Below, piece after piece: positions 1 through 9,605 of a stretch of 32,000 nt of DNA (its first letter is position 1; the number at the start of each line of letters is the position of its first letter). The DNA lies in the NCBI RefSeq assembly GCF_020885515.1, contig NZ_AP024987.1:750001-782000 (forward strand), given 5' to 3'. A model generated the notes under the pieces. It was not told the DNA's origin. It did no database searches and saw only the letters and a program-made list of their open reading frames with translations. Both the position numbers and the translations under genes were made by a program. The stretch comes from a cyanobacterium endosymbiont of Braarudosphaera bigelowii. Lineage in GTDB: Bacteria > Cyanobacteriota > Cyanobacteriia > Cyanobacteriales > Microcystaceae.

Positions 1-350
1 GCAGCAGTTACAGCTGTTTGACGACGACTAGTGAAAATATGAGTTAGATGCAATTCTAAGGCCTCTAGAATTTTACCTATACTATGAAATTGACGACTAT
101 CAAGTAAACGATTTTTTGCTATTAAACGCACTTCAGTTCCAGATTTCCAAGTTCCCTTGTGATGTTTTAAACAACATTTTAGATCTTGTAAATGCTCTGT
201 CCAATCTTTATCTTTTTTACTGGGTTCAAGATCTGGTAATATCAAATATAACTTTTCTCCTATTCTTTGTAAATGAACTTGAGAATACATCTTAATATCA
301 GAAAGGAATGGTTCAGTATTTGCTTGAGAAGTAATGTTCTTAGAACTCAT
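1..350 (-). CDS. minC: Septum site-determining protein MinC, N-terminal part, truncated by window edge
   Basis: Not in the ORF track. Reverse-strand translation from ATG at 350 gives MSSKNITSQANTEPFLSDIKMYSQVHLQRIGEKLYLILPDLEPSKKDKDWTEHLQDLKCCLKHHKGTWKSGTEVRLIAKNRLLDSRQFHSIGKILEALELHLTHIFTSRRQTAVTAA, open to the edge. The RLLD..Q...I...L....L.L..I.TSRRQTAVAA pattern resembles cyanobacterial MinC. Confidence 0.75.
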   Translation of the reverse strand, partial: MSSKNITSQANTEPFLSDIKMYSQVHLQRIGEKLYLILPDLEPSKKDKDWTEHLQDLKCCLKHHKGTWKSGTEVRLIAKNRLLDSRQFHSIGKILEALELHLTHIFTSRRQTAVTA

Positions 351-450
351 ACAATTAACTCTTTAAAAATATTAAGCATCAGCTTAACATTAACTGATGC
401 TTAACTTAATGGTTTTTAAGATGATAAATATGCTTTAATCTGGCTGTAGC

Positions 451-1815
451 TTAACGCATAGTAACAAATTCTTCGGCAGATGTCGGGTGAATCCCAACTG
501 TAGCATCAAAATTTGATTTTGTAGCACCTGCTTTAATTGCAATGGCTATACCTTGAATGATTTCAGAAGCATAATTACCGACCATATGTGCCCCTATTAC
601 GCGATCACTATCTCGATGAACAACTAACTTCATCAAAGTTTTTTCTTCCCTTTCTGGTAAAACATAGTACATTGGACGGAATTGACTCTTATAAACTTTT
701 ATTCCACTTTCTCCATACTGTTCCCTAGCTTCAAGTTCTGTTAAACCAACAGTAGCAGCCTCTGGAGTACTGAAAATTGCAGAGGGAACATTTTCATAGT
801 TCATGATTCTCGGATTTTGACCAAAATGAGAATCTGCAAATAATCTGCCCTCGTTAATAGCAACAGGAGTTAAGTTAATACGATTAGTGCAATCTCCTAC
901 TGCATAAATATTTGATTGTTTTGTGCAGCTATATTTATCAACAACTATGGCTCCTTTATTAATTTCAATATCAATATTTTCCAAGCCTAAATTATCCAAA
1001 TTAGGTTTACGCCCAGTTGCTGCTAGTCCGATGGTATCTGCTAAGACTATTTCATTATTCTTGTTACCTTTTGTAGAAATTTTTAAACCTTGAGGTGTTT
1101 TTTCGATACTAGTAACTTCAGAATTTTTAAGAATTTGAATACCATGATTTTCCATAGATTTCTGAATAGTTAATCTAAGATCATCATCAAATCCTCGTAG
1201 TATTTTATCGCGTCTAATAATTTGAATTACTTCTGACCCTAAACCACGCATAATGCAAGCGAACTCTACACCTATATAGCCACCACCCCAAATAACAATA
1301 CGTTTAGGTTGTTCAGGAAGAGTAAATATTTGGTCAGAAGTAATTGTATGTTCAATACCTGGAATATTAGGCTTAACGGGATACCCTCCGACTGCAATTA
1401 AGATCTTCTCTGCAGTAACTTTATTTTCTCCTACTTCTACAGTGTGATTATCAATAAACTTTCCACGACCTTGAAAAATTTTAACTTTTGAAGTATCCAA
1501 CATTTTTTGATAGATACCATTTAACCGTTTTGTCTCTTTCCCAATAGCTGTAGTCATTTTAGACCAATTTAGAACACTTGATACAGTACTCCATCCATAT
1601 CCTTGAGATTCAATAAATAACTCAGGAAAGTGAGAAGTGTAAACCATTAGCTTTTTAGGAATACATCCACGATTTACACATGTTCCACCTAAACGATCAT
1701 ATTCTGCTAAGCCAACCTTGGCCCCATATTCTGCAGCTCGTCTGGCAGTCGCTATACCTCCTGAGCCTGCACCAATAACAAATAAATCAAAGTCATATCC
1801 CATGGTGATATTCAT
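451..1815 (-). CDS. gor: Glutathione-disulfide reductase
   Basis: 454 aa. GAGSGGIATARRAAEYGAKV FAD-binding motif, redox-active GGTCVNRGCIPKK, GGGYIGVEFA nucleotide-binding motif, C-terminal HPTSAEEFVTMR. Likely start is internal ATG (MGYDFDLFVIG). Confidence 0.93.
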   Translation of the reverse strand: MNITMGYDFDLFVIGAGSGGIATARRAAEYGAKVGLAEYDRLGGTCVNRGCIPKKLMVYTSHFPELFIESQGYGWSTVSSVLNWSKMTTAIGKETKRLNGIYQKMLDTSKVKIFQGRGKFIDNHTVEVGENKVTAEKILIAVGGYPVKPNIPGIEHTITSDQIFTLPEQPKRIVIWGGGYIGVEFACIMRGLGSEVIQIIRRDKILRGFDDDLRLTIQKSMENHGIQILKNSEVTSIEKTPQGLKISTKGNKNNEIVLADTIGLAATGRKPNLDNLGLENIDIEINKGAIVVDKYSCTKQSNIYAVGDCTNRINLTPVAINEGRLFADSHFGQNPRIMNYENVPSAIFSTPEAATVGLTELEAREQYGESGIKVYKSQFRPMYYVLPEREEKTLMKLVVHRDSDRVIGAHMVGNYASEIIQGIAIAIKAGATKSNFDATVGIHPTSAEEFVTMR

Positions 1816-2195
1816 CTCCTAAAACAGTAGGATGTTGGAAATTTTCTAATATTATTTCTTATCTATCTTATCCTTTACAGGGACGATTTTTAACAATTTA
1901 TTGATATATAACTAAGTATTATCAACATTAAGAAAAAATAGAAAACTATCACGCTAAGAATAACGTAGAAATTTAATCAATACTAGGTCATAAAATTTTT
2001 TAGTCTAACAAAAATCTAGTATTATTTTTGAATTTTAATGATTCTATGGAAAGTATTGTTATACGTTATTAAACGTACTTTATTGGCAATAAACTATAGT
2101 ATATGAAGCTATATCTTTTTAAAACTCATATTAAAATATAAATAGCATATCTTAATAATCGTAAGTTATACTGTTGTTTTCACTAAAAAATTGAC

Positions 2196-2747
2196 ATGGT
2201 AAGCGATAAACTTATTTTCTATCAGAACGTTCTTGGTTCTCGCCGCTTGAGTAACTTCTTTTGGGCACTAGTGACCATGATAGGTGGCGTAGGTTTTCTT
2301 TTGGCTGGACTTTCTAGTTATTTAAACATAAATTTATTAATTGTTAGCGACATATCATCTCTTCAATTTATTCCACAAGGTATTGCCTTGATGTTCTATG
2401 GAATCACAGGTTCGCTATTATCTTTATATCAATGGTTTATGATTTTTTTGAATATTGGTAGTGGTTATAATGAATTTAATAAAGAAACCAACGTGGCAAC
2501 TATTTTCCGTTGGGGTTTTCCTGGCAAAAATCGTCGCATTGAATTTATTTGTCCCCTAGAAGATGTGAAGGCAATTCGAGCAGAAATTAGAGATGGAATA
2601 AATACAAAACGTAAACTTTATCTTAAAGTTAAAAACAAACGAGATATTCCTTTAACTCGCATTGGACAACCTATATCTCTCTCCGATTTAGAAAACCAAG
2701 CAGCAGAACTAGCAAGTTTTTTATCAGTTCCTCTCGAAGGAATTTGA
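2196..2747 (+). CDS. ycf4: Photosystem I assembly protein Ycf4
   Basis: 183 aa. VLGSRRLSNFFWA...GGVGFLLAGLSSYLNINLL...FIPQGIALMFYGITG..LSLYQW...GSGYNEFNKE...IFRWGFPGKNRRIEF is characteristic of Ycf4. Confidence 0.95.
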   Translation: MVSDKLIFYQNVLGSRRLSNFFWALVTMIGGVGFLLAGLSSYLNINLLIVSDISSLQFIPQGIALMFYGITGSLLSLYQWFMIFLNIGSGYNEFNKETNVATIFRWGFPGKNRRIEFICPLEDVKAIRAEIRDGINTKRKLYLKVKNKRDIPLTRIGQPISLSDLENQAAELASFLSVPLEGI

Positions 2748-2845
2748 TTGTAAATAATCAAATATATGATTGTTAAATCTCAAAAAAGTTTTTATTTGCT
2801 CTCTCTGTAAAAAACTTCTAAAAATTTTGATATTCGAAAAATTAT

Positions 2846-3580
2846 ATGAGAAAACTAGAAAAAACTTACTTAAGAGCTTTTTTTAATATCATGTTTGTTA
2901 GCAATCTTATTCTTACAGGATGTAGTGAAATATCTAATGATTACAATGGTTTAGAGTCTAAAAACGAAATTGCTAATATTCAACAAATGAATCAAATCAG
3001 TATGGATCAATATACACCTAGACTTGAAAATACTGCAATTGTTCAACTAGATATTAATGGCTCTCCTGTAATCATTGAGGTTAACGGTCAGGATGCACCG
3101 ATTACGGCAGGAAATTTTATAGATTTAGTAGAACGTGGTTTCTATAATGGTCTAGTTTTTCATCGTGTAATAAAAGATCCGACACCTTTCGTTGCTCAAG
3201 GTGGCGACCCTGATGGGACAGGAATGGGGGGCTTTATAGACTCAAAAACTAAACAGAGAAGATATATTCCTTTAGAAATTAAATTAGAAAATGACGAAAA
3301 GCCTGTTTACAACCAATCTTTGGGAATTCAGGGTTCAGTATCTCCCAAATCAGTAGTTTTAAAACATAAAAGAGGTGCAATAGCTATGGCCCGCTCAGCT
3401 ATGCCTAACTCTGCATCTTCTCAATTTTATATTGCTTTATCAGATTTGGATTTTCTAAATGGAGATTATGCTGTCTTCGGTAAAGTAATTGAAGGAATGA
3501 ATATAGTTGATAATATTGATGAAGGTGATCGTATCAACTCTGCGTATGTGACTTCTGGTCTAGAAAACTTTAAGAAATAA
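2846..3580 (+). CDS. Cyclophilin-type peptidyl-prolyl cis-trans isomerase, probable lipoprotein
   Basis: 244 aa. N-terminal hydrophobic segment ending in lipobox-like LTGC; cyclophilin core FVDLVERGFYNGLVFHRVI..FVAQGGDPDGTG...GAIAMARSAMPNSASSQFYIAL..LDFLNGDYAVFGKVIEGM. Confidence 0.9.
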   Translation: MRKLEKTYLRAFFNIMFVSNLILTGCSEISNDYNGLESKNEIANIQQMNQISMDQYTPRLENTAIVQLDINGSPVIIEVNGQDAPITAGNFIDLVERGFYNGLVFHRVIKDPTPFVAQGGDPDGTGMGGFIDSKTKQRRYIPLEIKLENDEKPVYNQSLGIQGSVSPKSVVLKHKRGAIAMARSAMPNSASSQFYIALSDLDFLNGDYAVFGKVIEGMNIVDNIDEGDRINSAYVTSGLENFKK

Positions 3581-3905
3581 AGTCGGCCTATAAAAACACA
3601 GTGATTTTGTTGGTTAATCTAACAATTGATTTAAAAAAAACTGCATTATATTAAAAATATGTTTAATGTAACATTTTACAATTTATTCTCATACAAGTCA
3701 TATTTAGATGTATTATCTAAAATTTGAGTATAAGTTAAATACTAAAGGTAAGAAAGTTAAGTGTCTTAAATACTAACTTCTTTAATAAAAAAATCATTCT
3801 AACTAAAAATAAATTATCAATCTATATATAAAATATTAGACATTTTATACTATTGTTATAGGCTGTGCTTACATTCTTGAGAACCATCACAATATTCATA
3901 GTTGC

Positions 3906-3925
3906 ATGTTCTAGTATTAGAACAT
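3906..3925 (+). terminator. Candidate terminator-like hairpin upstream of ppk
   Basis: ATGTTCTA-GTAT-TAGAACAT followed by TATCTTTTTT. GC-poor 8-bp stem; stems this short are expected by chance in AT-rich DNA. Confidence 0.25.
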
Positions 3926-4030
3926 TATCTTTTTTATAAATTTTATGTGTAAGTTTATAATACTTATATCTTCATTCCTTATTATTATTTTTCAAATTTA
4001 ATTCATGCTATATTATAATTGTTTACAATT

Positions 4031-6190
4031 ATGACACAGACAAAATCTGTTGATTTAACAATTAATCTTAAAGATAATAAATATTATTTCAATCGCGAAT
4101 TAAGCTGGTTAGAATTTAATTATCGTGTTCTAAATGAAGCTTTAGCTGCTTGTACACCTTTGCTAGAAAGACTCAAGTTTACTGCTATTTTTAGTTCTAA
4201 TCTTGATGAATTTTTTATGGTACGTATAGCAGGATTAAAACAGCAAATTCAGGCGGGAGTGACTAAATTAACTTTCGATGGATGTACTCCTTTAGAACAA
4301 TTAGTAGCTATTAGCGAACGTCTTCATTCCTTAATCAAAGAACAAGATTATCTATTTGAATACACTTTAAGAAATCTCTTAGCTGTTCAGGGAATTCGTC
4401 TAGTAAATTATATAGATCTTGATCAAAAACAACGTAAATATTTACATCAATATTTTGATATAAATATTTTTCCAGTTTTGACTCCCTTGGCAGTTGATAC
4501 ATCACATCCTTTCCCATATATTTCCAACTTAAGTTTAAACTTGGGTGTCGTAATATGTAATCCTGAAACAAAAGAAGAACATTTTGCACGAGTAAAAGTT
4601 CCTAGTGTACTACCGCGTTTTATAGCCCTTCCTCAAAAACTTTATAGTCAAACAGATAGTAAACCTATAGTTTGGCAAGGTATTCCACTAGAACAGGTCA
4701 TCGCCCATAATCTTGAAGCTCTATTTCCTGGAATGATAGTACAAGAATGTTATCCTTTTAGGGTCACTAGAAATGCAGATTTATCAGTTGAAGAAGATGA
4801 AGCAGATGATTTATTATTAGCTATTGAGGAAGAGTTAAGAAAACGTAATATTGGTAGATCTGCAGTACGTCTAGAAATTCATGCTTCGACTCCTAAATTA
4901 ATTAGGCAAAAATTAGTTGAAGATTTAGAACTAGAAGAAATAGACGTATATGATATTCAAGGGTTGTTAGGTTTAAAAGACCTATTGTATTTTTTATCTT
5001 TTCCTTATCCAAAACTTAAATATGAAAGCTGGAACTCTATTATTCCAAAAGCCTTAAATAAAGTTAAGAGAATTATTAGTAATAATAATAACAAAAAACT
5101 TGAATCTAAGAAACAAAATATTTTTTCCTTAATTCGTCAATCGGATATCTTAGTTCATCATCCTTATCAATCTTTTAGCGCTTCTGTAGAGCAATTCGTT
5201 ACTCAAGCTGCCTATGATCCAGATGTTTTAACTATTAAGATGACCCTATATAGAACTTCAGGTGATTCTCCTATCATTGAGGCATTAATTGCAGCGGCAG
5301 CAAATGAAAAGCAGGTAGTTACCTTGATAGAGTTAAAAGCTAGATTTGATGAAGAAAATAATATTATCTGGGCTCGTCGTCTCGAGCAATCGGGAGTTCA
5401 TGTGGTTTATGGTTTAGTAGGGTTGAAAACTCATACTAAAATTGCTTTAATTGTTCGAAAAGAGGAAGAAAAAATTCGCCGTTACGCTCATATAGGTACT
5501 GGAAACTATAACTCTAAAACAGCTAATTTGTACACAGACTTAGGATTATTTAGTTGTCGTGAAGAATTAGGCGCAGATTTAACGGATTTGTTTAACTTTT
5601 TAACAGGCTATTCATGCCAAAAACTTTATCGTAAATTATTAGTAGCACCAGTTAATATGCGTAATCGGATACTATCAATGATTAATAGAGAAGTTGAGCA
5701 TTGTCAGAAAGGAGGTAAAGGCCATATAGTTGCGAAAATGAATTCATTAGTAGATCCAGAGATTATTGAAGCTCTCTATCTAGCATCTCAAGTTGGAGTT
5801 AAGATTGACTTGATTATTAGAGGAATTTGTTGTCTAAGGCCTGGAATTGAAGGAATAAGTAGCAATATTAAAGTTATTAGTATAATAGGACGTTTTTTAG
5901 AGCATTCACGAATTTTCTACTTATATAACGGAGGTAGAAAAGAGGTTTATATAGGCAGTGCAGACTGGATGACACGCAATTTTGTTCGTCGAGTAGAAGC
6001 TATAACTCTTGTCGATGATCTTAAAATCTCTTGTGAATTAGAAGAGATACTAAGAGTAATGCTAGGAGATAATTGCCAAGCTTGGGAGTTAAAATCTAGT
6101 GGTAATTATGTACGACGTTTTCCTATAAATGGTAATTACAAAAAAAACTCTCAAAAAATATTTATGAAAATGGCATTGGAATCTTTATAA
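4031..6190 (+). CDS. ppk: Polyphosphate kinase 1
   Basis: The track ORF begins at a TTG codon (4019); the first ATG at 4031 (MTQTKSVDLTINL) is the likelier start. YFNRELSWLEFNYRVLNEA, ATTN-like IFSSNLDEFFMVR, KMTLYRTSGDSPI, GLKTHTKIALIVR (catalytic His region), YAHIGTGNYN, GSADWMTRNFVRRVE. Confidence 0.96.
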   Translation: MTQTKSVDLTINLKDNKYYFNRELSWLEFNYRVLNEALAACTPLLERLKFTAIFSSNLDEFFMVRIAGLKQQIQAGVTKLTFDGCTPLEQLVAISERLHSLIKEQDYLFEYTLRNLLAVQGIRLVNYIDLDQKQRKYLHQYFDINIFPVLTPLAVDTSHPFPYISNLSLNLGVVICNPETKEEHFARVKVPSVLPRFIALPQKLYSQTDSKPIVWQGIPLEQVIAHNLEALFPGMIVQECYPFRVTRNADLSVEEDEADDLLLAIEEELRKRNIGRSAVRLEIHASTPKLIRQKLVEDLELEEIDVYDIQGLLGLKDLLYFLSFPYPKLKYESWNSIIPKALNKVKRIISNNNNKKLESKKQNIFSLIRQSDILVHHPYQSFSASVEQFVTQAAYDPDVLTIKMTLYRTSGDSPIIEALIAAAANEKQVVTLIELKARFDEENNIIWARRLEQSGVHVVYGLVGLKTHTKIALIVRKEEEKIRRYAHIGTGNYNSKTANLYTDLGLFSCREELGADLTDLFNFLTGYSCQKLYRKLLVAPVNMRNRILSMINREVEHCQKGGKGHIVAKMNSLVDPEIIEALYLASQVGVKIDLIIRGICCLRPGIEGISSNIKVISIIGRFLEHSRIFYLYNGGRKEVYIGSADWMTRNFVRRVEAITLVDDLKISCELEEILRVMLGDNCQAWELKSSGNYVRRFPINGNYKKNSQKIFMKMALESL

Positions 6191-6215
6191 ATAAAATAGC
6201 TGCTAAAAATCATTA

Positions 6216-6866
6216 CTATAACTGATCTTTATTTTGTGATTTACTACCAATTTTAGGTTCTGTACCCTTCAAAATACGCACTATATTGTCTTGGTGTCGA
6301 TAGATCACATATATCCCTATACTAATTATAAATAAACAATAAGATAGAGGTTGGTTCAATAAAATAGTTAATAAATTAGCTATTAAAACCCCTACAATAG
6401 AACTAATTGAAACAATACGAAATATAAATAATGTAATTAGGAAACCTGCTAGCGTACCTAATGCAATTATAGGATTTAAAACTAGTAAAACTCCTAAACT
6501 AGAAGCTACAGATTTACCGCCAGTAAAGTTTAAGAATATGGATTTACTATGGCCGAGAATAACAGCACTTCCTCCCAAAACCATTAACCAGGAACTCCAT
6601 TCTGGATTAAGAATATTTGATGGAATACTAGAAATTATAAGCTTAGTTGTTAATACTCCTAACATAGCTTTTGAAATATCTAACAATAAGACTGTAATGG
6701 CCGCTTTCTTACCAAAAGTTCTTAATACGTTAGTAGCTCCTGTGGACCCTGAACCACAATTACGAATATCAATTTTTTTTAAATATAGTCCTATTAAATA
6801 GCCTGTAGGAAAAGAGCCAAAAATGTAGCAGATCAAAAATATGAATATTAGAATTAAAAAGTACAT
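6216..6866 (-). CDS. plsY: Glycerol-3-phosphate acyltransferase PlsY
   Basis: 216 aa membrane protein with GSFPTGY, CGSGSTGATNVLRTFG, GHSKSIFLNFTGGKSVA and YRHQDNIVRI motifs. Confidence 0.93.
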   Translation of the reverse strand: MYFLILIFIFLICYIFGSFPTGYLIGLYLKKIDIRNCGSGSTGATNVLRTFGKKAAITVLLLDISKAMLGVLTTKLIISSIPSNILNPEWSSWLMVLGGSAVILGHSKSIFLNFTGGKSVASSLGVLLVLNPIIALGTLAGFLITLFIFRIVSISSIVGVLIANLLTILLNQPLSYCLFIISIGIYVIYRHQDNIVRILKGTEPKIGSKSQNKDQL

Positions 6867-6931
6867 AAGTTGGTGAATTATTTATTAATTTAAGAGAATA
6901 AATTTTAGGCTTAATAGTAAATATTTAATTA

Positions 6932-8038
6932 CTATGAACAATTAAGAAAAGCAATATATAGTGGAAATTGAAGGAGAAAAGGGCTAACCTGTTCTTCTGC
7001 TTCATCAATAATAATAAATGGTAAAAATTTATTGTCAATTAATCTTTTTGCTCTTTGAACTAAAATTTCAGAAGATTCGAATAGTGTAATTCCTTTATCT
7101 GGTCCAAAATCACCACGAGAAATACCTAGACAGTCTTGTAATCCACGCCTCCATCCTCCTAGTCTTTCTGGCGCACTTGCCAGAATTAAGATTCTGTTAT
7201 TATTTCCATAAAGTTCACCTAATATAGAAATTATTGCTGATGCTACTAACATATCGTGCAGACGATTTCCTGTAGAATTCACTGCTCCTTTGCCACTTCG
7301 TAAAAAAAACCATTCCTTAACTTTCTCAGCATGTATTGTTTCAAAAGTTCGACGGAGATGCCATGGTGCACCATAGTAATTAGGCTCTTTTTGATAATTT
7401 TTTATGGCTTTTTCAATCTGTAAATGCTGTTTTCTAAATTCTTTTGTAGCAAAATAAATTTCTAAACTATCATTTTGAGGAGGTCTTTCAGTATTCTTAG
7501 AAATTTTCTTAGAATTTTCTTTTGTTGATATTGATAGGTCTAGCTGTTCAGCAGTTTCTGCCAAGTCTTGTAAACTACCCACTAGATATTTTTTGAATCC
7601 TTGTACTTTAATTGCTAAGTCTTCAGAAACCCCAGCAAAATTAGTACTCATTTCTTCGTGAATCTTGTTTCTACGATGCTCTAATTTTTCAATTGAAGTT
7701 GTTAATGTTTGTTTTTGTTTTTTAAGTTCTATTAATCCTTCTTGAACTATTTTCTCTAATGTTTCTTCAGCTAATTGATTAGCTCTTATACTATTATTTT
7801 TAGTGGTGATAAGATGCTTTTCATCTCTTAATATTTTTACCTGTTCAACAAGATTTTCAATTTGCTTTTCTAAGTTAAAAATATTTTTAGAAAGTTCAAT
7901 ATTACTCCCACCATGAGTTTTTTTTTCTTCAAATATATAAGAAGACGAGTCATAAGATTCTAGTTCTTCGTTCTGTAGAAAAGAGTTGTTAGAAATACTA
8001 TTTAATTTATCGAAAGGTTGAGAAGAATTGGAGTTCAT
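6932..8038 (-). CDS. Conserved cyanobacterial protein, probably DUF3086 family, with N-terminal coiled coil
   Basis: 368 aa. Predicted heptad-rich Lys/Glu segment, then YYGAPWHLRRTFETIHAEKVKEWFF...RGLQDCLGISRGDFGPDKGITLFE...FIIIDEAEE. Family name assigned from memory of cyanobacterial homologues. Confidence 0.65.
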   Translation of the reverse strand: MNSNSSQPFDKLNSISNNSFLQNEELESYDSSSYIFEEKKTHGGSNIELSKNIFNLEKQIENLVEQVKILRDEKHLITTKNNSIRANQLAEETLEKIVQEGLIELKKQKQTLTTSIEKLEHRRNKIHEEMSTNFAGVSEDLAIKVQGFKKYLVGSLQDLAETAEQLDLSISTKENSKKISKNTERPPQNDSLEIYFATKEFRKQHLQIEKAIKNYQKEPNYYGAPWHLRRTFETIHAEKVKEWFFLRSGKGAVNSTGNRLHDMLVASAIISILGELYGNNNRILILASAPERLGGWRRGLQDCLGISRGDFGPDKGITLFESSEILVQRAKRLIDNKFLPFIIIDEAEEQVSPFLLQFPLYIAFLNCS

Positions 8039-8407
8039 AGATATAAAATTCTCTTTAAGAGTATAAATATAAATAAAATTAAGATAACCTACTTCGAATA
8101 AAAACGGTTATCATTATATAAATACTCATTTACGATTACTGCCAACTTATTCTTATTCGATTTAATTAGGCAAACGATATTATAATTGAATTTTAAAGAT
8201 ACTATAATTTCAACATAAAAACATTTTTATGATATTTATCATAACAAATATATAATTTGAAACTCCATTTATGATTTATTTTTTCAATAATTGAGTTTAG
8301 CAGAAATTATACTAAGATAATACTATAAAAGATAATAATACGTGAGGGATATAAGTAAACTCTTTTTGAAATTATAAAAATAGTTCTATTTATTACACTA
8401 TCAATCA

Positions 8408-9481
8408 ATGCTTAAACTTTTATTTTTATCTACTCCTGTAGGTCCTTTAGGATCAGGTGTTGGCGGAGGCGTTGAATTAACTTTGTTTAATCTTGCTAAA
8501 GAAATGAATCGAAGAGGACATCAAGTCAAAATCGTTGCGCCTCAGTACTCTAGTCTCCCTAATATCACTTGCCAAGAGATACCAGGCGTTTGGCAAGATA
8601 TGGTTCAAAATTCTACGAGAGATGCACCTATTATCCTTCTACAAAATTCGGTCTTAGCCAATATGTGGAATTTTGCAAAAGAAGTAGAGAATGATTATGA
8701 TCTAATAGTCAATTTTGCCTTTGACTGGCTTCCACTCTATTTAACTCCTTTTTTTAAACGTACTATCGCTCATCTAATTAGCATGGGATCGACGACAAAT
8801 GCTATAGATAGTATGATTCATCAAGTGGCTAAATCTTTTCCCTACACTATTGGCATCCATACTCAGGAGCAAGCAAAAACATTTCCTTTTTTAGAAAATT
8901 TCTATATTTTAGGTAACGGTATAGATATATCATTATATGAATTTTGTGATAATCCAAGTAATGATTTTTCTTGGATCGGCCGTATTTCTCCTGAAAAAGG
9001 CTTAGAGGACGCTATTCTAGCGGCAAAAGACGCTAATGTAAAACTTAAAGTTTTTGGAAAGATTCAAGATATAGAGTATTGGAAAAATATTCAAGCTGAT
9101 TACTCTAACGCTGATTTTCAATATGAAGGATTTTTCAGTACAGAAAAACTACAAGAAAAAATAAGAACAAGTAAGGCTATATTAGTAACACCGAAATGGG
9201 TAGAAGCATTTGGTAATGTAATTATTGAATCATTAGCCTGCGGAGTTCCAGTTATTGCTTATAAACGTGGTGGTCCAGCTGCATTAGTCAAGCATGGAGA
9301 AACAGGGTTTTTAGTGACCCCTGATAGTGTTAATGAATTGGTTTATGCTATTAATAATATAGGAGAAATCAATAGAGAAAGATGCCGTCATCAAGCAGAA
9401 ATTAATTATTCTTTGCAAGTATTAGGTGATCGCTTTGAGAAATGGATGTTAATGTTAAACAAAATAAATAAAAGTAAGTAA
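8408..9481 (+). CDS. GT4-family glycosyltransferase
   Basis: 357 aa. GGGVELTLFNLAKEMNRRGHQVKIVAP N-terminus; SWIGRISPEKGLEDAILAAKD and ALACGVPVIAYKRGGPAALVKHGETGFLV-type donor-binding motifs (here ESLACGVPVIAYKRGG). Confidence 0.87.
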   Translation: MLKLLFLSTPVGPLGSGVGGGVELTLFNLAKEMNRRGHQVKIVAPQYSSLPNITCQEIPGVWQDMVQNSTRDAPIILLQNSVLANMWNFAKEVENDYDLIVNFAFDWLPLYLTPFFKRTIAHLISMGSTTNAIDSMIHQVAKSFPYTIGIHTQEQAKTFPFLENFYILGNGIDISLYEFCDNPSNDFSWIGRISPEKGLEDAILAAKDANVKLKVFGKIQDIEYWKNIQADYSNADFQYEGFFSTEKLQEKIRTSKAILVTPKWVEAFGNVIIESLACGVPVIAYKRGGPAALVKHGETGFLVTPDSVNELVYAINNIGEINRERCRHQAEINYSLQVLGDRFEKWMLMLNKINKSK

Positions 9482-9605
9482 CTAATTCTTTTTTTTTAAG
9501 TTATTTAAACCAATAGATATTACAAACTAATGTGGTGATAGTCAGCTTTTTGTTAAACTAGAAAAAGTGAGTTAAGATTCCTCTATACTTCAACAGTATA
9601 TAACT

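Noticed and set aside
4335-4589. 84-aa ORF on the minus strand inside ppk
   Set aside because: Fully antisense to a well-supported gene; no recognisable domain.
6538-6801. 87-aa ORF on the plus strand inside plsY
   Set aside because: Antisense shadow ORF over conserved plsY motifs.
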